This document shows, in pieces, positions 28,479 through 41,150 of a stretch of DNA of 64,000 nt. The stretch lies in assembly GCA_963674695.2 (NCBI GenBank), contig CAXXGI010000003.1:704001-768000 (forward strand), given 5' to 3'. Every line of letters begins with the position of its first letter. Positions within the stretch are counted from its first letter, which is position 1. The position numbers were made by a program, and so were the translations under genes. The DNA comes from a bacterium. Its GTDB lineage: Bacteria; UBA10199; 2-02-FULL-44-16; JAAZCA01. The notes below the pieces were generated by a model, which saw only the letters and a program-made list of their open reading frames with translations, searched no databases and was not told the DNA's origin.

Positions 28479-28946
28479 TCACCCCACGTGTCGGCCATCT
28501 TCTTCGCAGAGCATCCGATATAATTCATCTGCCACCGCCACCTGCCACAGTCGATCGATGAATTGTTCATCGGCACAGATGCGCGCGATGCGCGCCAGCA
28601 GTCGCAGGTGTTCGGACGCACGCTCCGGCGGAGAGAGTAAAAGAAACGCGAGCTTGATCGGCTGTCCATCGATCGCGTTGAACGCGAGTGGCTCTTCGAT
28701 CGTCGCCACGCTCATGACCGTTTCAGAAAGGCCGTCGATCGTGGCATGCGGAATGCCCAACCAATGTCCAACGCCGGTCGAACAGGTATACTCCCGCTCG
28801 AGCAGCACATCGACGACGGATCCCACATCGAGCGCAACGCCATCAATGACAAGCGCCTCGACCATCGCCGAGAGCAGCGCTTCGCCCGTGGTCGCGTTCA
28901 GAGCAACCCGCAATCGTTCCAGCTTGAGGTACGCGGTGAGTTTCAT
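28479..28946 (-). CDS. PTS EIIA (fructose/Ntr-type) domain protein
   Basis: LLEREYTCSTGVGHWLGIPHA (phospho-His motif), FNAIDGQPIKLAFLLLSP, HLRLLARIAR. Confidence 0.85.
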   Translation of the reverse strand: MKLTAYLKLERLRVALNATTGEALLSAMVEALVIDGVALDVGSVVDVLLEREYTCSTGVGHWLGIPHATIDGLSETVMSVATIEEPLAFNAIDGQPIKLAFLLLSPPERASEHLRLLARIARICADEQFIDRLWQVAVADELYRMLCEEDGRHVG

Positions 28947-29026
28947 GAGAGATTGGAACCAACGACGACCACTTCCGTAAATGGTGGCTCTGTAGAGTCA
29001 GTCGGGAAAAGAGGTTAATCGTATAA

Positions 29027-29107
29027 GTCATCCTGAGTGCAACGAAGGATCCCCTGTAGAACGCGTTTAAACGGGAGATTCTTCGGTTGTTCCTCCCTCA
29101 GAATGAC
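29027..29107. repeat. Family D palindrome (GTCATCCTGAG..CGAAGGATC...GATTCTTCG..CTCAGAATGAC)
   Basis: Inverted arms with the same GTCAT/ATGAC termini as family A. Confidence 0.7.
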
Positions 29108-29132
29108 AAAAACTGCTATTTCCCGACAGGCT

Positions 29133-29753
29133 CTATGTACTGTGCGCTGCACGACGACGCCGACTGCCGCGCACCCCGGCCCGAGGCTTCATGACATCGG
29201 TGATGCTCTCAAAGAGAACGGTGCGGTCGATCGGCTTTGCCAGGCAGAGATCGGCTCCGAGTTCGGAGGCGCGGTCGAGGTTCCGTTCAGAGGGAAAACC
29301 GGTCAGGACGATGATCTTGACGTGTTTGAGCGCCGGCGATCGTCGAATGCTCTGACAGACCTTAAAGCCATCCATGCCCGGCATCACCAAGTCGAGAATG
29401 ACCAGGTCTGGGCGCTCCGCTTCCATGAGCGTTCCCGCTTCAAAACCGTCCGATGCCGTGAAGATATCGAATTTTTCGGGAAAGTTTCCGAGCGCTTCCT
29501 GCAAGGCCACGCGAATGGACTCTTCGTCGTCGACGATGAGCACTTTGCGGTGCATCGGCTCCAACTGCGCGCCCATCGGGATGCCCTGCTCGGCACAGAA
29601 GTTTTTGAGTTCTTCGTTCCGAATGCGCAGATGCCCACCTGCGGTGCGATAGGCGTCTAAAAGCCCCCGTTTGATCCAATTCTTGATCGTGTTATAGCTG
29701 ACCTGACAGAGGCGCGCGGCTTCAAATGTGGTCAAAACATCCTTTTTACTCAT
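29133..29753 (-). CDS. Response regulator with N-terminal excisionase/MerR-like HTH
   Basis: LTTFEAARLCQVSYNTIKNWIKRG..YRTAGGHLRI, then receiver VLIVDDE..LVILDLVMPGMDG..LTG..KP. Confidence 0.85.
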   Translation of the reverse strand: MSKKDVLTTFEAARLCQVSYNTIKNWIKRGLLDAYRTAGGHLRIRNEELKNFCAEQGIPMGAQLEPMHRKVLIVDDEESIRVALQEALGNFPEKFDIFTASDGFEAGTLMEAERPDLVILDLVMPGMDGFKVCQSIRRSPALKHVKIIVLTGFPSERNLDRASELGADLCLAKPIDRTVLFESITDVMKPRAGVRGSRRRRAAHST

Positions 29754-29848
29754 GCCATCCCTCCGAAAGATGGACCCTTTTATACAATCCCATCGGCGAC
29801 GTCAATATGATAGAAATATTACTATTGTTACTTTGAAAAGGCAAGTCC

Positions 29849-30943
29849 CTATTTCTCATCCCCAAACGAGGTCCCGAGCGACCGTGCTGCGCGAACCAGA
29901 GGGTGATTGCGCGGGACCTTCTTGAGCCGCCGCACGGCGCGATCGATCGGAACGCCGCGCACGCTCGCGCCCCTCAGCGCCGCCATCTCGCCAAAACGCC
30001 CCTCGGCCAAGAGATCCACCGCAGTCACCCCGAAGCGCGTGGCCAGATCGCGATCGAAGGCCGTAGGCGTGCCACCCCGCTGGAGATGCCCGAGAACCAC
30101 CGGCCGACTCGATATACCGGTCTTGGTCTCGATCGCATCAGCAACCTGATGGGCGATACCACCGAGGCGAATCGGATCGGGGCTCTCCTCGAGATGTTTG
30201 GAGATGACATACCCCTTTCCCCGCTCCGTGGCCCCCTCGGCGACCACCACGATGCTGAAGCGCTTGCCCTCGCGACGACGACGATGAATCTCGGCAATGA
30301 CCGCCTCCATATGAAAGGGAATCTCCGGGATCAGGATGATGTCGCCACCGCCGGCCAGTCCCCCCCGAAGGGCCAACCACCCTGCATATCGCCCCATGAC
30401 CTCGACGACCATCACGCGGTGATGCGACTGCGCCGTGGTATGCAGACGATCGATCGCATCGCTGATGATCTGCACGGCTGTATCGTGGCCGAAGGTCATG
30501 TCGGTCTCTTCCAGGTCGTTATCGATGGTCTTCGGAATTCCCACCACGGGCAGACCCAGTTTGCGCAGACCGTTGGCGATACTCAGCGTCCCGTCGCCAC
30601 CGATGGCCACCAGGGCATCGAGCTTCCACTTCCGAACGTTGGCCATCGCCTCCTTCGAGCGATCCTCCTTGATGAGTTTTCCCCGCACACGCCGCGCATA
30701 GTCGAACGGATTGGCGGTGTTCGATGTGCCTAGAATCGTTCCGCCGATCGAAAGGATGTTGGATACAGCACTCGCACTGAGTTTTTTGGCACGCCGATGC
30801 ATGAGCCCGTCATAGCCATCGTGGATTCCCAAGACCTCCCATTGATGATCGTGGAGCGCCTTCTTCACGACCGCTCGAATGACGGCATTGAGTCCCGGGC
30901 AATCTCCCCCTCCGGTGAGCACTCCGATACGCTTGATGGCCAT
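29849..30943 (-). CDS. pfkA: 6-phosphofructokinase
   Basis: GVLTGGGDCPGLNA, GGTILGT, GGDGT, PKTIDND, VEVMGR, LGHLQRGG. Confidence 0.93.
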   Translation of the reverse strand: MAIKRIGVLTGGGDCPGLNAVIRAVVKKALHDHQWEVLGIHDGYDGLMHRRAKKLSASAVSNILSIGGTILGTSNTANPFDYARRVRGKLIKEDRSKEAMANVRKWKLDALVAIGGDGTLSIANGLRKLGLPVVGIPKTIDNDLEETDMTFGHDTAVQIISDAIDRLHTTAQSHHRVMVVEVMGRYAGWLALRGGLAGGGDIILIPEIPFHMEAVIAEIHRRRREGKRFSIVVVAEGATERGKGYVISKHLEESPDPIRLGGIAHQVADAIETKTGISSRPVVLGHLQRGGTPTAFDRDLATRFGVTAVDLLAEGRFGEMAALRGASVRGVPIDRAVRRLKKVPRNHPLVRAARSLGTSFGDEK

Positions 30944-30989
30944 GCATTCCCCCCTGGTTGAAGCCGCGTTCGATGATCCTTCCCTCGAC

Positions 30990-32234
30990 TCAGCGCTTTT
31001 TCCCGCCCTTCCGCACCATGACCGCCGCAAAGAAACCATCCCAGTCGCCGTCACGCGGGTCCGTCTGAAAGTACCCTTCTGGACGAACGAGGCCCGCCGG
31101 ATCGACGCCGGCCTTCTTCAGCGTCTCGCCGGCATCGGCGATCGTAAACGGAGATCCTTTGAGGAATGCCTCGACCACAGCCTCGTTCTCTTCTCGAAGA
31201 AGGCTGCAGGTCATATAGACCAAGCGCCCCCCGGGAGCGACCGACTCGGAATATCGACTCAGCAATTCAAGCTGCACACGCGCATGCCCTTGGACCACCT
31301 CCGGCGTAATCCGCCATCGCAGATCGGGATTGCGTCGCAGCGTCCCGGTGCTCGTACAAGGCGCATCGACCAGGACCAGATCACACCGCTGCGGAAGTTT
31401 TCCCCCGCTGGAATCCTTGGCAATATCCGCATCGATCTCAATCATTTCCGTCGCCGCTCGCCGCCTGCGGCGCTTGAGTTCATTCAATTTTTTCGAATCG
31501 CGATCGGTGGCAATGATCTTCCCTCGGCCCTTCAAGAGCATCGCCATCATGAGGCTCTTTCCCCCAGCGCCAGCGCAGGCATCGAGGATCGTCTGTCCCG
31601 GCCGCACGCCAGCCGTCAGCGTTGCCAATTGACTGGCCTCATCCTGCACCTCGATCACGCCCTGCCGATAGAGCGCCATCGTCTTGAGCGCCAAACGCCT
31701 CTCGAGGCGAATGCCGTAGGGGGAACGAGCCGTCGGCTCGGCCTCGACGCTCTCGGCCTGCAGAGCGCGCAGCGCTTTATCACGCGACTGGCGCTCGATG
31801 TTGACGCGCAAGCAGGGCCGCGCCTCCTCGTTGAGACAGTCGGCGAGGGCATCGGCCCCCTCAGGCCCATATCGATCGACAAAAATAGCGAAGAGCTCAT
31901 CGGGAAAACTGTGCCACGCTGCCGCCCCCCCCGGAAAATGGTCCGGCATCTCCTCCAAAGCATATTCCGGCACGCCACCACACCACCCCCGATAGGCAAG
32001 AATGCGCGCACGATGGTTGATGCGCCGCTTGCCCTTCAGTTCGAGGCAGCCATCGAGACGCCGACGCCAGCGGATGACGCCAAAGACGATATCGGAGACG
32101 ATGCGCCTCTCGCGAGCACCGAGCTCGCGATGCCGGCGCAGATAACCTGCCAACAACCGGTCCAGCGCCTTGGGCTCTATATCCAAAGCCCGCAAAATTG
32201 ATTCGGCATGTGTGATCACATCCATCCAGGACAT
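30990..32234 (-). CDS. RsmB/NOP2 family RNA m5C methyltransferase
   Basis: VQDEASQ, DACAGAGGKS, LVDAPCTSTGTLRRNPD, YMTCS..ENE, DGFFAA. Confidence 0.9.
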   Translation of the reverse strand: MSWMDVITHAESILRALDIEPKALDRLLAGYLRRHRELGARERRIVSDIVFGVIRWRRRLDGCLELKGKRRINHRARILAYRGWCGGVPEYALEEMPDHFPGGAAAWHSFPDELFAIFVDRYGPEGADALADCLNEEARPCLRVNIERQSRDKALRALQAESVEAEPTARSPYGIRLERRLALKTMALYRQGVIEVQDEASQLATLTAGVRPGQTILDACAGAGGKSLMMAMLLKGRGKIIATDRDSKKLNELKRRRRRAATEMIEIDADIAKDSSGGKLPQRCDLVLVDAPCTSTGTLRRNPDLRWRITPEVVQGHARVQLELLSRYSESVAPGGRLVYMTCSLLREENEAVVEAFLKGSPFTIADAGETLKKAGVDPAGLVRPEGYFQTDPRDGDWDGFFAAVMVRKGGKKR

Positions 32235-32374
32235 CCTTTCGCCTTGTGCCAACGGGGGCAGCATGATAGCAGAGCGCACGCTGATGTCGAGTGCGCACAC
32301 AGCGCATCGCATCAAAAATATGTTTTTTTTGCGGTATCGGCGTTCAACCCGAGACCTGCGACCTGTGACCCGTC

Positions 32375-33112
32375 ATGCACCATGCCTTTTTCGACCGCTA
32401 TAGCGATGGATTAAGTCCCCTCCACCGATTCGATGTGCGACTCAAGCTCATCGTCGCCTTTGTCCTGGTTTTGGCCATCGCTTCGATGCCGCCAGAGGAA
32501 ACGGGGCGCATCATCATCTGCCTCCCCGTACTGCTCATCCTCTGGATTGCCGCCCAATTGCCGCTCACCTACCTCCTCAAACGACTGGCGCTCCTACTGC
32601 CCTTCGTCCTGATCATGTCCGCGGCACTGATCTGGGCCCGCCGTTCGGTCGACCCGGTCGGCGCCTATCACTTTGCGCTGCACGTGCTGCTCAAGGCGGG
32701 GACCGCCATCATCGCACTAACGCTGGTCACCTCCACCACACCCTTTCCACGCCTGCTTTCTGGCCTGCGCTGGTTTCGCGTGCCGGGCATCCTCACCGCT
32801 CTGCTCGCCTTTCTCTATCGCTTTCTCTATATCCTCATCGACGAATTCGAACGCCTCTCCATTGGCCGCCGAAGCCGCGCCTTCGGACATGGCCTGGCGC
32901 TGGCCTGGCGCTCGCGTGCCTGGATGCTGGGCACCTTCCTCATCCGATCGATCGAACGCTCGGAGCGCATCTATCAAGCCATGTGTGCGCGTGGATGGAT
33001 CGGACAACTCGAGACACCGGACCACTTCACGAGGCCGTGCGTGCCTCAGATCGTGGCGGCGGTTCTGGCCGTTGCTGCGGCCATCGCCCTGCGATGGGGA
33101 GTTTACCCATGA
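32375..33112 (+). CDS. cbiQ: ECF transporter T component (CbiQ-like)
   Basis: SPLHRFDVRLKL, TTPFPRLL, YRFLYIL, FLIRSIERSERIYQAMCARG. Confidence 0.85.
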   Translation: MHHAFFDRYSDGLSPLHRFDVRLKLIVAFVLVLAIASMPPEETGRIIICLPVLLILWIAAQLPLTYLLKRLALLLPFVLIMSAALIWARRSVDPVGAYHFALHVLLKAGTAIIALTLVTSTTPFPRLLSGLRWFRVPGILTALLAFLYRFLYILIDEFERLSIGRRSRAFGHGLALAWRSRAWMLGTFLIRSIERSERIYQAMCARGWIGQLETPDHFTRPCVPQIVAAVLAVAAAIALRWGVYP

Positions 33113-33810
33113 ATACGGCCATCATTCTCACCGACATCCGCTTCGCCTACGGCGATGGAAGTCATGCCCTCGAAAGCATCACGCTCGGTATCGAGCGCGG
33201 AGAACGCGTCGCCCTGATCGGCCCCAATGGCGCCGGCAAATCGACGCTTCTGCTCCATCTCAACGGAATCCTGCGAGGCCAGGGCCGCATCACGATCGAA
33301 GATCTCCCCCTGTGCGATGAACACCTGTATGAAATTCGCCGACGCGTTGGGCTGATCTTTCAGGAACCGAACGATCAGCTCTTCTGCCCGACCGTCCGCG
33401 AGGATATCGCCTTCGGACCCATGCACTTCCACCTCGACCGCGATGCCCTCGACGAAACGGTCGAGAAGGTCCTGCGCGACATGGATCTGCTCGACGTCGC
33501 CGATCGTGCCGCCCATCACCTGAGCGTAGGCGAGCGCCGACGCGTGAGCATTGCAGCGGTACTCGCCTGCAAACCACACATCCTGGCGCTGGACGAACCG
33601 GCCGCAGCACTCGATCCGAAACGACGCCGTTGGCTCGTCGACTTCCTGCTCGCCGACACGCGCACGATCATCCTGGCCACGCACGACCTCGCCTTTGCCC
33701 GCTCGGTTTGCCAGCGCGCCATTCTCATGAATGCCGGCCGCATCGTCGCCGATGGCCCGATCGACACGATCCTCGAAGATCGCGCGCTGCTCGAAAAAAA
33801 CGACTTGTAG
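33109..33810 (+). CDS. cbiO: ECF transporter ATPase (CbiO-like)
   Basis: GPNGAGKST, FQEPNDQLF.PTV.EDIAFGP, LSVGE, LDEP; ATG overlaps the cbiQ stop. Confidence 0.88.
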   Translation: MNTAIILTDIRFAYGDGSHALESITLGIERGERVALIGPNGAGKSTLLLHLNGILRGQGRITIEDLPLCDEHLYEIRRRVGLIFQEPNDQLFCPTVREDIAFGPMHFHLDRDALDETVEKVLRDMDLLDVADRAAHHLSVGERRRVSIAAVLACKPHILALDEPAAALDPKRRRWLVDFLLADTRTIILATHDLAFARSVCQRAILMNAGRIVADGPIDTILEDRALLEKNDL

Positions 33811-33850
33811 CTAAGGAAAGAAGAAGAACCCGAAAGAGGCAACGCCCCCA

Positions 33851-36074
<2,224 letters not shown>

Positions 36075-36097
36075 AACGGTTCTCCTTTGTGTTTCTC

Positions 36098-36146
36098 ACC
36101 TGACTGGCCTGACTGGCCTGACTGGCCTGACTGGCCTGACTGGCTA
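36098..36146. repeat. 9-bp tandem repeat (CCTGACTGG)x5 abutting the hslU stop codon
   Basis: cctgactggcctgactggcctgactggcctgactggcctgactggcta. Confidence 0.9.
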
Positions 36147-37529
36147 GAGTATATACTTCCGCAAATCCCGATCGCGCACAATCTCGGAGAGATGTTTGAC
36201 GACATAGTCACGATCGACCTTGAGTTTTTCCCCCACACGCTCGGGCGCATGAAACGAAATCTCTTCGAGGAGTTTTTCCATGACCGTATGCAAGCGTCGC
36301 GCACCGATGTCTTCGGTCTGCCCGTTAACCTCGGCGGCCACCGCACAGATCTCCTCGATGGCGTCCTCTCCAAAATCAAGATGAACCCCTTCCGTCTTCA
36401 TGAGGGCGCGATACTGTTTGATGAGCGAATTCTCCGGTTCCGTCAGAATGCGGATAAAATCCTCGCGCGTGAGCGAATCGAGTTCGACGCGGATAGGAAA
36501 ACGCCCCTGCAGTTCGGGGATGAGGTCGCTGGGTTTGGCGATGTGAAACGCCCCCGCAGCGATGAAGAGCACATGGTCGGTCCGAACCAAACCGTATTTG
36601 GTCATCACCGAGGACCCCTCGATGATCGGAAGGATGTCGCGCTGCACGCCCTCGCGGGAGACATCCGGCCCGTGACCGCGGCCCTCGCCACGCGGGGCAG
36701 CGACCTTGTCGATCTCGTCGAGAAAGACAATGCCGTTCTGTTCGACACGCTCGATCGCCTGAGCGGTGACCGACTCCATGTCGACCAGACGCGCGGACTC
36801 CTCGGCGATGAGATATTCACGCGCTTCCGAAACCTTCATCTTCCGATCCTTCTTGCCACCCGGCTGCATAAAACCACCGAGCATATCGCGCAGGTTCGAG
36901 CTCATCTCCTCGAGGCTCGTCGCCGCAACCACTTCAATGGAGGGCATGGCCGGCGGACGCGACTGCGCTTCGATCTCGATCATGCGATCTTCGAGTTTCC
37001 CATCGCGCAAGAGTTTGCGCAGCCGTTTGCGCGTATCGGGCTTACTGGTCTCGACCGGAGCTTCAGACGCATCGGCCTGCTCCGGAGAAACCGTCGGCGT
37101 TTCATCCGAACCGGGTAAGAGCAGATCCAGCAGGCGCTCTTCGGCTAACTCCTGCGCCTTGACCTTCACACGCGCCGTCTCCTCCTCGCGCACGAGCTTA
37201 ATGGCCACCTCGGCCAGCTCGCGAATCATCGATTCGACATCCTTGCCGATATAGCCGACCTCGGTGAATTTCGAGGCCTCCACCTTGATGAACGGCGCCT
37301 GAGCTAACCGTGCGAGCCGACGGGCGATCTCGGTCTTGCCCACACCAGTCGGCCCGATCATAATGATGTTCTTGGGAACGATTTCGTCGCGCAGATGATC
37401 GTCCACCTTGCGACGCCGCCAACGATTGCGCAGCGCGATGGCGACGCTTTTCTTGGCTTTGTCCTGGCCGATGATAAATCGATCGAGTTCGGAGACGATC
37501 TCGCGGGGAGTAAAATTCGTTTCGTTCAT
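36144..37529 (-). CDS. hslU: ATP-dependent protease ATPase subunit HslU
   Basis: [49 protein letters not shown]. Confidence 0.97.
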   Translation of the reverse strand: MNETNFTPREIVSELDRFIIGQDKAKKSVAIALRNRWRRRKVDDHLRDEIVPKNIIMIGPTGVGKTEIARRLARLAQAPFIKVEASKFTEVGYIGKDVESMIRELAEVAIKLVREEETARVKVKAQELAEERLLDLLLPGSDETPTVSPEQADASEAPVETSKPDTRKRLRKLLRDGKLEDRMIEIEAQSRPPAMPSIEVVAATSLEEMSSNLRDMLGGFMQPGGKKDRKMKVSEAREYLIAEESARLVDMESVTAQAIERVEQNGIVFLDEIDKVAAPRGEGRGHGPDVSREGVQRDILPIIEGSSVMTKYGLVRTDHVLFIAAGAFHIAKPSDLIPELQGRFPIRVELDSLTREDFIRILTEPENSLIKQYRALMKTEGVHLDFGEDAIEEICAVAAEVNGQTEDIGARRLHTVMEKLLEEISFHAPERVGEKLKVDRDYVVKHLSEIVRDRDLRKYIL

Positions 37530-37560
37530 CGTTGCAGAGCACTCCTCTCAAAAATACCGT

Positions 37561-38094
37561 TCATCGCTTCAATATTTCGACGCTCAACGAGTCGTTCGTA
37601 TAGATACAGATGTCGGCTGCGATCGCCATCGACGCGCGGGCGATCTCCTCGGCCTCGAGCTTCGAGTGCCGCACGAGCGCACGCGCTGCCGCCGCCGCAT
37701 ACGGTCCGCCCGAACCGATAGCGGCCACGTCGTCGTCGGGTTCGAGCACATCGCCACTGCCGCTGATCGTGAAGGTCTTCTCCCCATCGGCGACGATCAT
37801 CATCGCCTCAAGCTTGCGCAGGATGCGATCGGTGCGCCATTCCTTAGCCAACTCCACCGCCGCACGCGTGAGATTTCCCCGGAACTCGCCGAGCTTTGCC
37901 TCGAAGCGCTCAAAGAGCGTGAAGGCATCGGCGCTCGATCCGGCAAAACCCGCCAGGATCTTTCCGTCGAGCATCGTTCGAATCTTTCGCGCGCCGCGCT
38001 TCATGATGGTATTGCCGAAGCTCACCTGCCCATCTCCGGCGATGGCCACGCTGCCTTTACGCCGCACACACAGAATCGTCGTTGCATGAAACAT
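37561..38094 (-). CDS. hslV: ATP-dependent protease subunit HslV
   Basis: [37 protein letters not shown]. Confidence 0.97.
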   Translation of the reverse strand: MFHATTILCVRRKGSVAIAGDGQVSFGNTIMKRGARKIRTMLDGKILAGFAGSSADAFTLFERFEAKLGEFRGNLTRAAVELAKEWRTDRILRKLEAMMIVADGEKTFTISGSGDVLEPDDDVAAIGSGGPYAAAAARALVRHSKLEAEEIARASMAIAADICIYTNDSLSVEILKR

Positions 38095-38120
38095 ATGAGC
38101 CCTCGTTTTTTGCTGGCATT

Positions 38121-38191
38121 TGTCATTCCCGCGAAGGCGGGAATCTCGGTTTTTTCACGTACTTCGAGATTCCCGCCTTCGCGGGAATGAC
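38121..38191. repeat. Family A palindromic repeat
   Basis: tgtcattcccgcgaaggcgggaatctcg...cgagattcccgccttcgcgggaatgac. Confidence 0.9.
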
Positions 38192-38299
38192 GACAAAAAA
38201 CCTTTCCCCGATAGGCGCGACCTCAGCCGCACGTTTATACAGAGCTGTTTTTGGATAGCAAGTTTTTTGACACAGGACGTTCGATAAACAACGCGCATT

Positions 38300-39205
38300 T
38301 TAGGCCTTGGGGTGGGCCTCATCATACGCTTCCATCAATTTTTCGATGCCGACGTGGGTGTATTTCTGCGTGGTGGAGAGGCTGGCATGCCCGAGCAGCT
38401 CCTGGATGCCACGCATATCGGCGCCCGCGCCCAAGAGGTGCGTGGCGAAGGTATGGCGCAGAACGTGCGGGGTGACCGTCTTCTGCATGCCGCACTGCTT
38501 GATATATTTGGCCAGCATCCGCTCGACCGAACGCGCGGTGAGGCGCCCTCCCTGCCGGTTGACGAACATGGCTCGCTGCGCCACCTCATCGGAGACAAGC
38601 GTAGGACGAAACTCGAGATAGCCGGCCAGCGACGCGACGGCCTTCTCGCCCATGGGCACGATGCGCTCCTTGCGCCCTTTTCCCATGACCCGTACCGACG
38701 GCGCGGTCAGATCGACATCTTCAACGTTCAGCGCCACCAGCTCGCCCACGCGCAGACCGGAGGCATAGAGCAACTCCATGATCGCCCGATCGCGGGACCC
38801 GAGCGGATCAGCCGTGGTCGGTGAACCCAGGAGCGTGAAAACCTCATCGACCGTCAGGAACTTCGGCACGCGCTTCGGAATTTTCGGCGTGGCCACTTCT
38901 TTGGCCGGATTGTTGAGGATGAGCCCCTGTCGCAAGCAGTAGCTAAAAAACGTTCGCAGTGAGGCCAGTTTTCGCGCCATCGAGGAGGGACTCATGCGAT
39001 CGAACATCTGTCCGAGATATTCGCGCACCACATTGGCATCGACTTCGCCGATGCGTTCGATGCCGCTGGCACCGATGCCCGGATTACGTTTTTCCAAAAA
39101 ATTGAAGAATTGGGTAATATCGACGAGATAATTCTTGTGCGTATGCAGCGATGCACCCTTTTCAAATCGCAGGTATGTCGAAAATCGCTCGATCAGTCGT
39201 CTCAT
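38300..39205 (-). CDS. xerC: Tyrosine recombinase XerC
   Basis: LYASGLRVGEL, GKGRKERIVP, HVLRHTFATHLL, LGHASLSTTQKYTH, AHPKA; conserved topA-xerC-hslVU context. Confidence 0.9.
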   Translation of the reverse strand: MRRLIERFSTYLRFEKGASLHTHKNYLVDITQFFNFLEKRNPGIGASGIERIGEVDANVVREYLGQMFDRMSPSSMARKLASLRTFFSYCLRQGLILNNPAKEVATPKIPKRVPKFLTVDEVFTLLGSPTTADPLGSRDRAIMELLYASGLRVGELVALNVEDVDLTAPSVRVMGKGRKERIVPMGEKAVASLAGYLEFRPTLVSDEVAQRAMFVNRQGGRLTARSVERMLAKYIKQCGMQKTVTPHVLRHTFATHLLGAGADMRGIQELLGHASLSTTQKYTHVGIEKLMEAYDEAHPKA

Positions 39206-39338
39206 GGATCCCTCCCCCCGGAAGAATGAAGTTTCTAAAGTATAAAAAGTATCGGGAGTGTACAGACGACGACGGATAAACGCAACCACTTTTTCGTCGT
39301 ATAAGGGGGGATATTTCGAAGAGTCAGAAACCCTCTCT

Positions 39339-40949
39339 CTACCGATATCGAGCGGACGCCCGCAGAATTCCCAAAAACCCAATGGTTATCAACAGAATAC
39401 CACCAATCGCCATTCCGCCACCGGGGATCTCAGATGCATGCAACGAGCAGGCACCGCCATCGCTGCCGTCGGCCCCATAGAGCGAGGGAAGCGCCTGGGC
39501 CTCTTCCTCCGGATCGACCGAGCCGCCGGGACTGCCCCCGCCACCCCCGGAGACGACCTCCTCCGGGCAAAGGCGCGCTTCACCGTCATAGACGTCGGGC
39601 ACCTCGTCGGCATTCATGTCGAGCCATCCGCCCTCCTGGGCGTCCGGACATCCATCCTCATCGGAATCATCATCGCGAAAATTCGGAACACCGTCGCAAT
39701 CGATGTCGGCGATCTCAGCCGGCGGATTACATCCCTTCCCGCCATGGACCAATCGCAGATCGAAGTCGGCGATGCCATCGCCGTCGAAATCTCCGAGCGC
39801 CTCACAGCCGTCGCTCAATCCATCGCCATCGGTATCGGAGATCGAGGGGTCGGCATCCTCCGGATCGACCCAGCCATTGCCGTTGATATCCTCCTCGCCG
39901 TCGGTGAGGCCGTCGCCATCCGAATCGGGATTGAGCGGATCCATCGCGTTCGGCTTGCGGTAGTTCGTCCCCGCCGCCTGCAGGCCATGGCATCCGTTGC
40001 GTTCCTCCGGCTGAATGCGTCCCATTTCGACGCCGTCACTCAACCCATCGCCATCGGTATCGCAGACGTTGCGATTCGTTCCCGCGCGGTCTTCATCGCC
40101 GTCGCTCACGCCGTCACCATCGGTATCGCCGAGCAGCGGATCGGATTCATCCGCGCCCAGTTCGTCGTCATCATTGCGATCACCCTCCTCCCCATCGATG
40201 AGGCCATCGCCATCGGAGTCGGGAAGGTTCGGGTCGGTCTCCACCCAGACGACGAGTTCGTCATCGAAGGTCTCGTCATCGCCCTCGTCGGCACGCCCGC
40301 GCTGACCGTCGAAATCGACATCCTCGAGGCCATCGATCAAGCCATCGCCGTCGCTGTCGTCATTGGTCGGATCGGTACGCGTGGTCGGATCGCTGTCGAA
40401 GAGCATCGCCATGTTCGTGAGCCGCTCGCGCTCATCGGCATCGTAAGGAATGGCATTGTCCATACGGGCGACGCTGTTCTCCGCCAGGATCGCCTCACAC
40501 CGCGCCGTCAGTTTAACGCGCGGACGGCGACGGATGCGCTTGAGCAGGCGCGTCGTTTCCGCCTTGGTGATCCCCACCTCGACGCCATCGGGAATGCAAT
40601 CGCCGTCGGAATCCGGATTCATCGGATCGAGCATCCCCAACGCCTTGAAGGAAAACTCCCCTGCTTCGAGGATCTCATCGATGCGACCGATATGCAGGCG
40701 CTCCTCTCCATCGGTGAGCCCATCCGCATCGCTGTCGGGATTTTTGGAATCGGTCTCCCCCGCTTCGACGTCCACATGACCATCGCCATCGAAGTCCTCA
40801 CGGTCATCGGTGAGGCCATCGCAATCGAAGTCGTTTTCGCAGCCGGTCGTCTGCGCCGCATAGAGCTGCACGCCGACACCCGCACTCCAGAGCAGAGATA
40901 CGAATCCCATCACCACCAACATGCCGATCATAATGCGCGACTGTCTCAT
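39339..40949 (-). CDS. Surface protein with DxDxDG (TSP3-like Ca-binding) repeats and MYXO-CTERM-like C-terminus
   Basis: Signal peptide; many DSDGDGL.DG.E repeats; C-terminus GGACSL...ILLITIGFLGILRASARYR. Confidence 0.8.
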   Translation of the reverse strand: MRQSRIMIGMLVVMGFVSLLWSAGVGVQLYAAQTTGCENDFDCDGLTDDREDFDGDGHVDVEAGETDSKNPDSDADGLTDGEERLHIGRIDEILEAGEFSFKALGMLDPMNPDSDGDCIPDGVEVGITKAETTRLLKRIRRRPRVKLTARCEAILAENSVARMDNAIPYDADERERLTNMAMLFDSDPTTRTDPTNDDSDGDGLIDGLEDVDFDGQRGRADEGDDETFDDELVVWVETDPNLPDSDGDGLIDGEEGDRNDDDELGADESDPLLGDTDGDGVSDGDEDRAGTNRNVCDTDGDGLSDGVEMGRIQPEERNGCHGLQAAGTNYRKPNAMDPLNPDSDGDGLTDGEEDINGNGWVDPEDADPSISDTDGDGLSDGCEALGDFDGDGIADFDLRLVHGGKGCNPPAEIADIDCDGVPNFRDDDSDEDGCPDAQEGGWLDMNADEVPDVYDGEARLCPEEVVSGGGGGSPGGSVDPEEEAQALPSLYGADGSDGGACSLHASEIPGGGMAIGGILLITIGFLGILRASARYR

Positions 40950-40983
40950 CGTCCCTCATGCCAAAATCGTCCCTGGCTTCCCC

Positions 40984-41010
40984 TTTTCGGCCAACGCCGC
41001 CGGAAGTTGT
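40984..41010 (-). promoter_or_regulatory. Degenerate sigma-28-like promoter P4 (ACAAC-N15-CCGAAAA)
   Basis: Minus strand cACAACttccggcggcgttggCCGAAAA, 34 nt upstream of the ATG at 40949; one mismatch in each box. Confidence 0.45.
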
Positions 41011-41052
41011 GTGCTTTTTAGGGGGAAACGGCTTTTTTTCACCAGGCGCGAT

Positions 41053-41070
41053 GCGTCAGAAATCTGACGC
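41053..41070. promoter_or_regulatory. Perfect 8-2-8 palindrome, candidate operator between divergent promoters
   Basis: GCGTCAGA-AA-TCTGACGC between P4 and P5. Confidence 0.4.
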
Positions 41071-41088
41071 GCTGTGCGTTGAAAGGAC

Positions 41089-41115
41089 GCAACTTTTCAG
41101 GACATCCTCCGATAA
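41089..41115 (+). promoter_or_regulatory. Sigma-28-like promoter P5 (GCAAC-N15-CCGATAA)
   Basis: gacGCAACttttcaggacatcctCCGATAA, 35 nt upstream of the ATG at 41151. Confidence 0.75.
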
Positions 41116-41150
41116 CGTCTCGAAGGCCCCGCACGGGCAGGAGTTTGCGT

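Noticed and set aside
38300-39205. Prophage or island integrase
   Set aside because: Motifs and the topA-xerC-hslVU context indicate chromosomal XerC; no phage genes nearby.
39282-39304. GCAAC..TCGTATAA between xerC and the surface-protein gene
   Set aside because: The spacing is wrong and it points away from any gene start.
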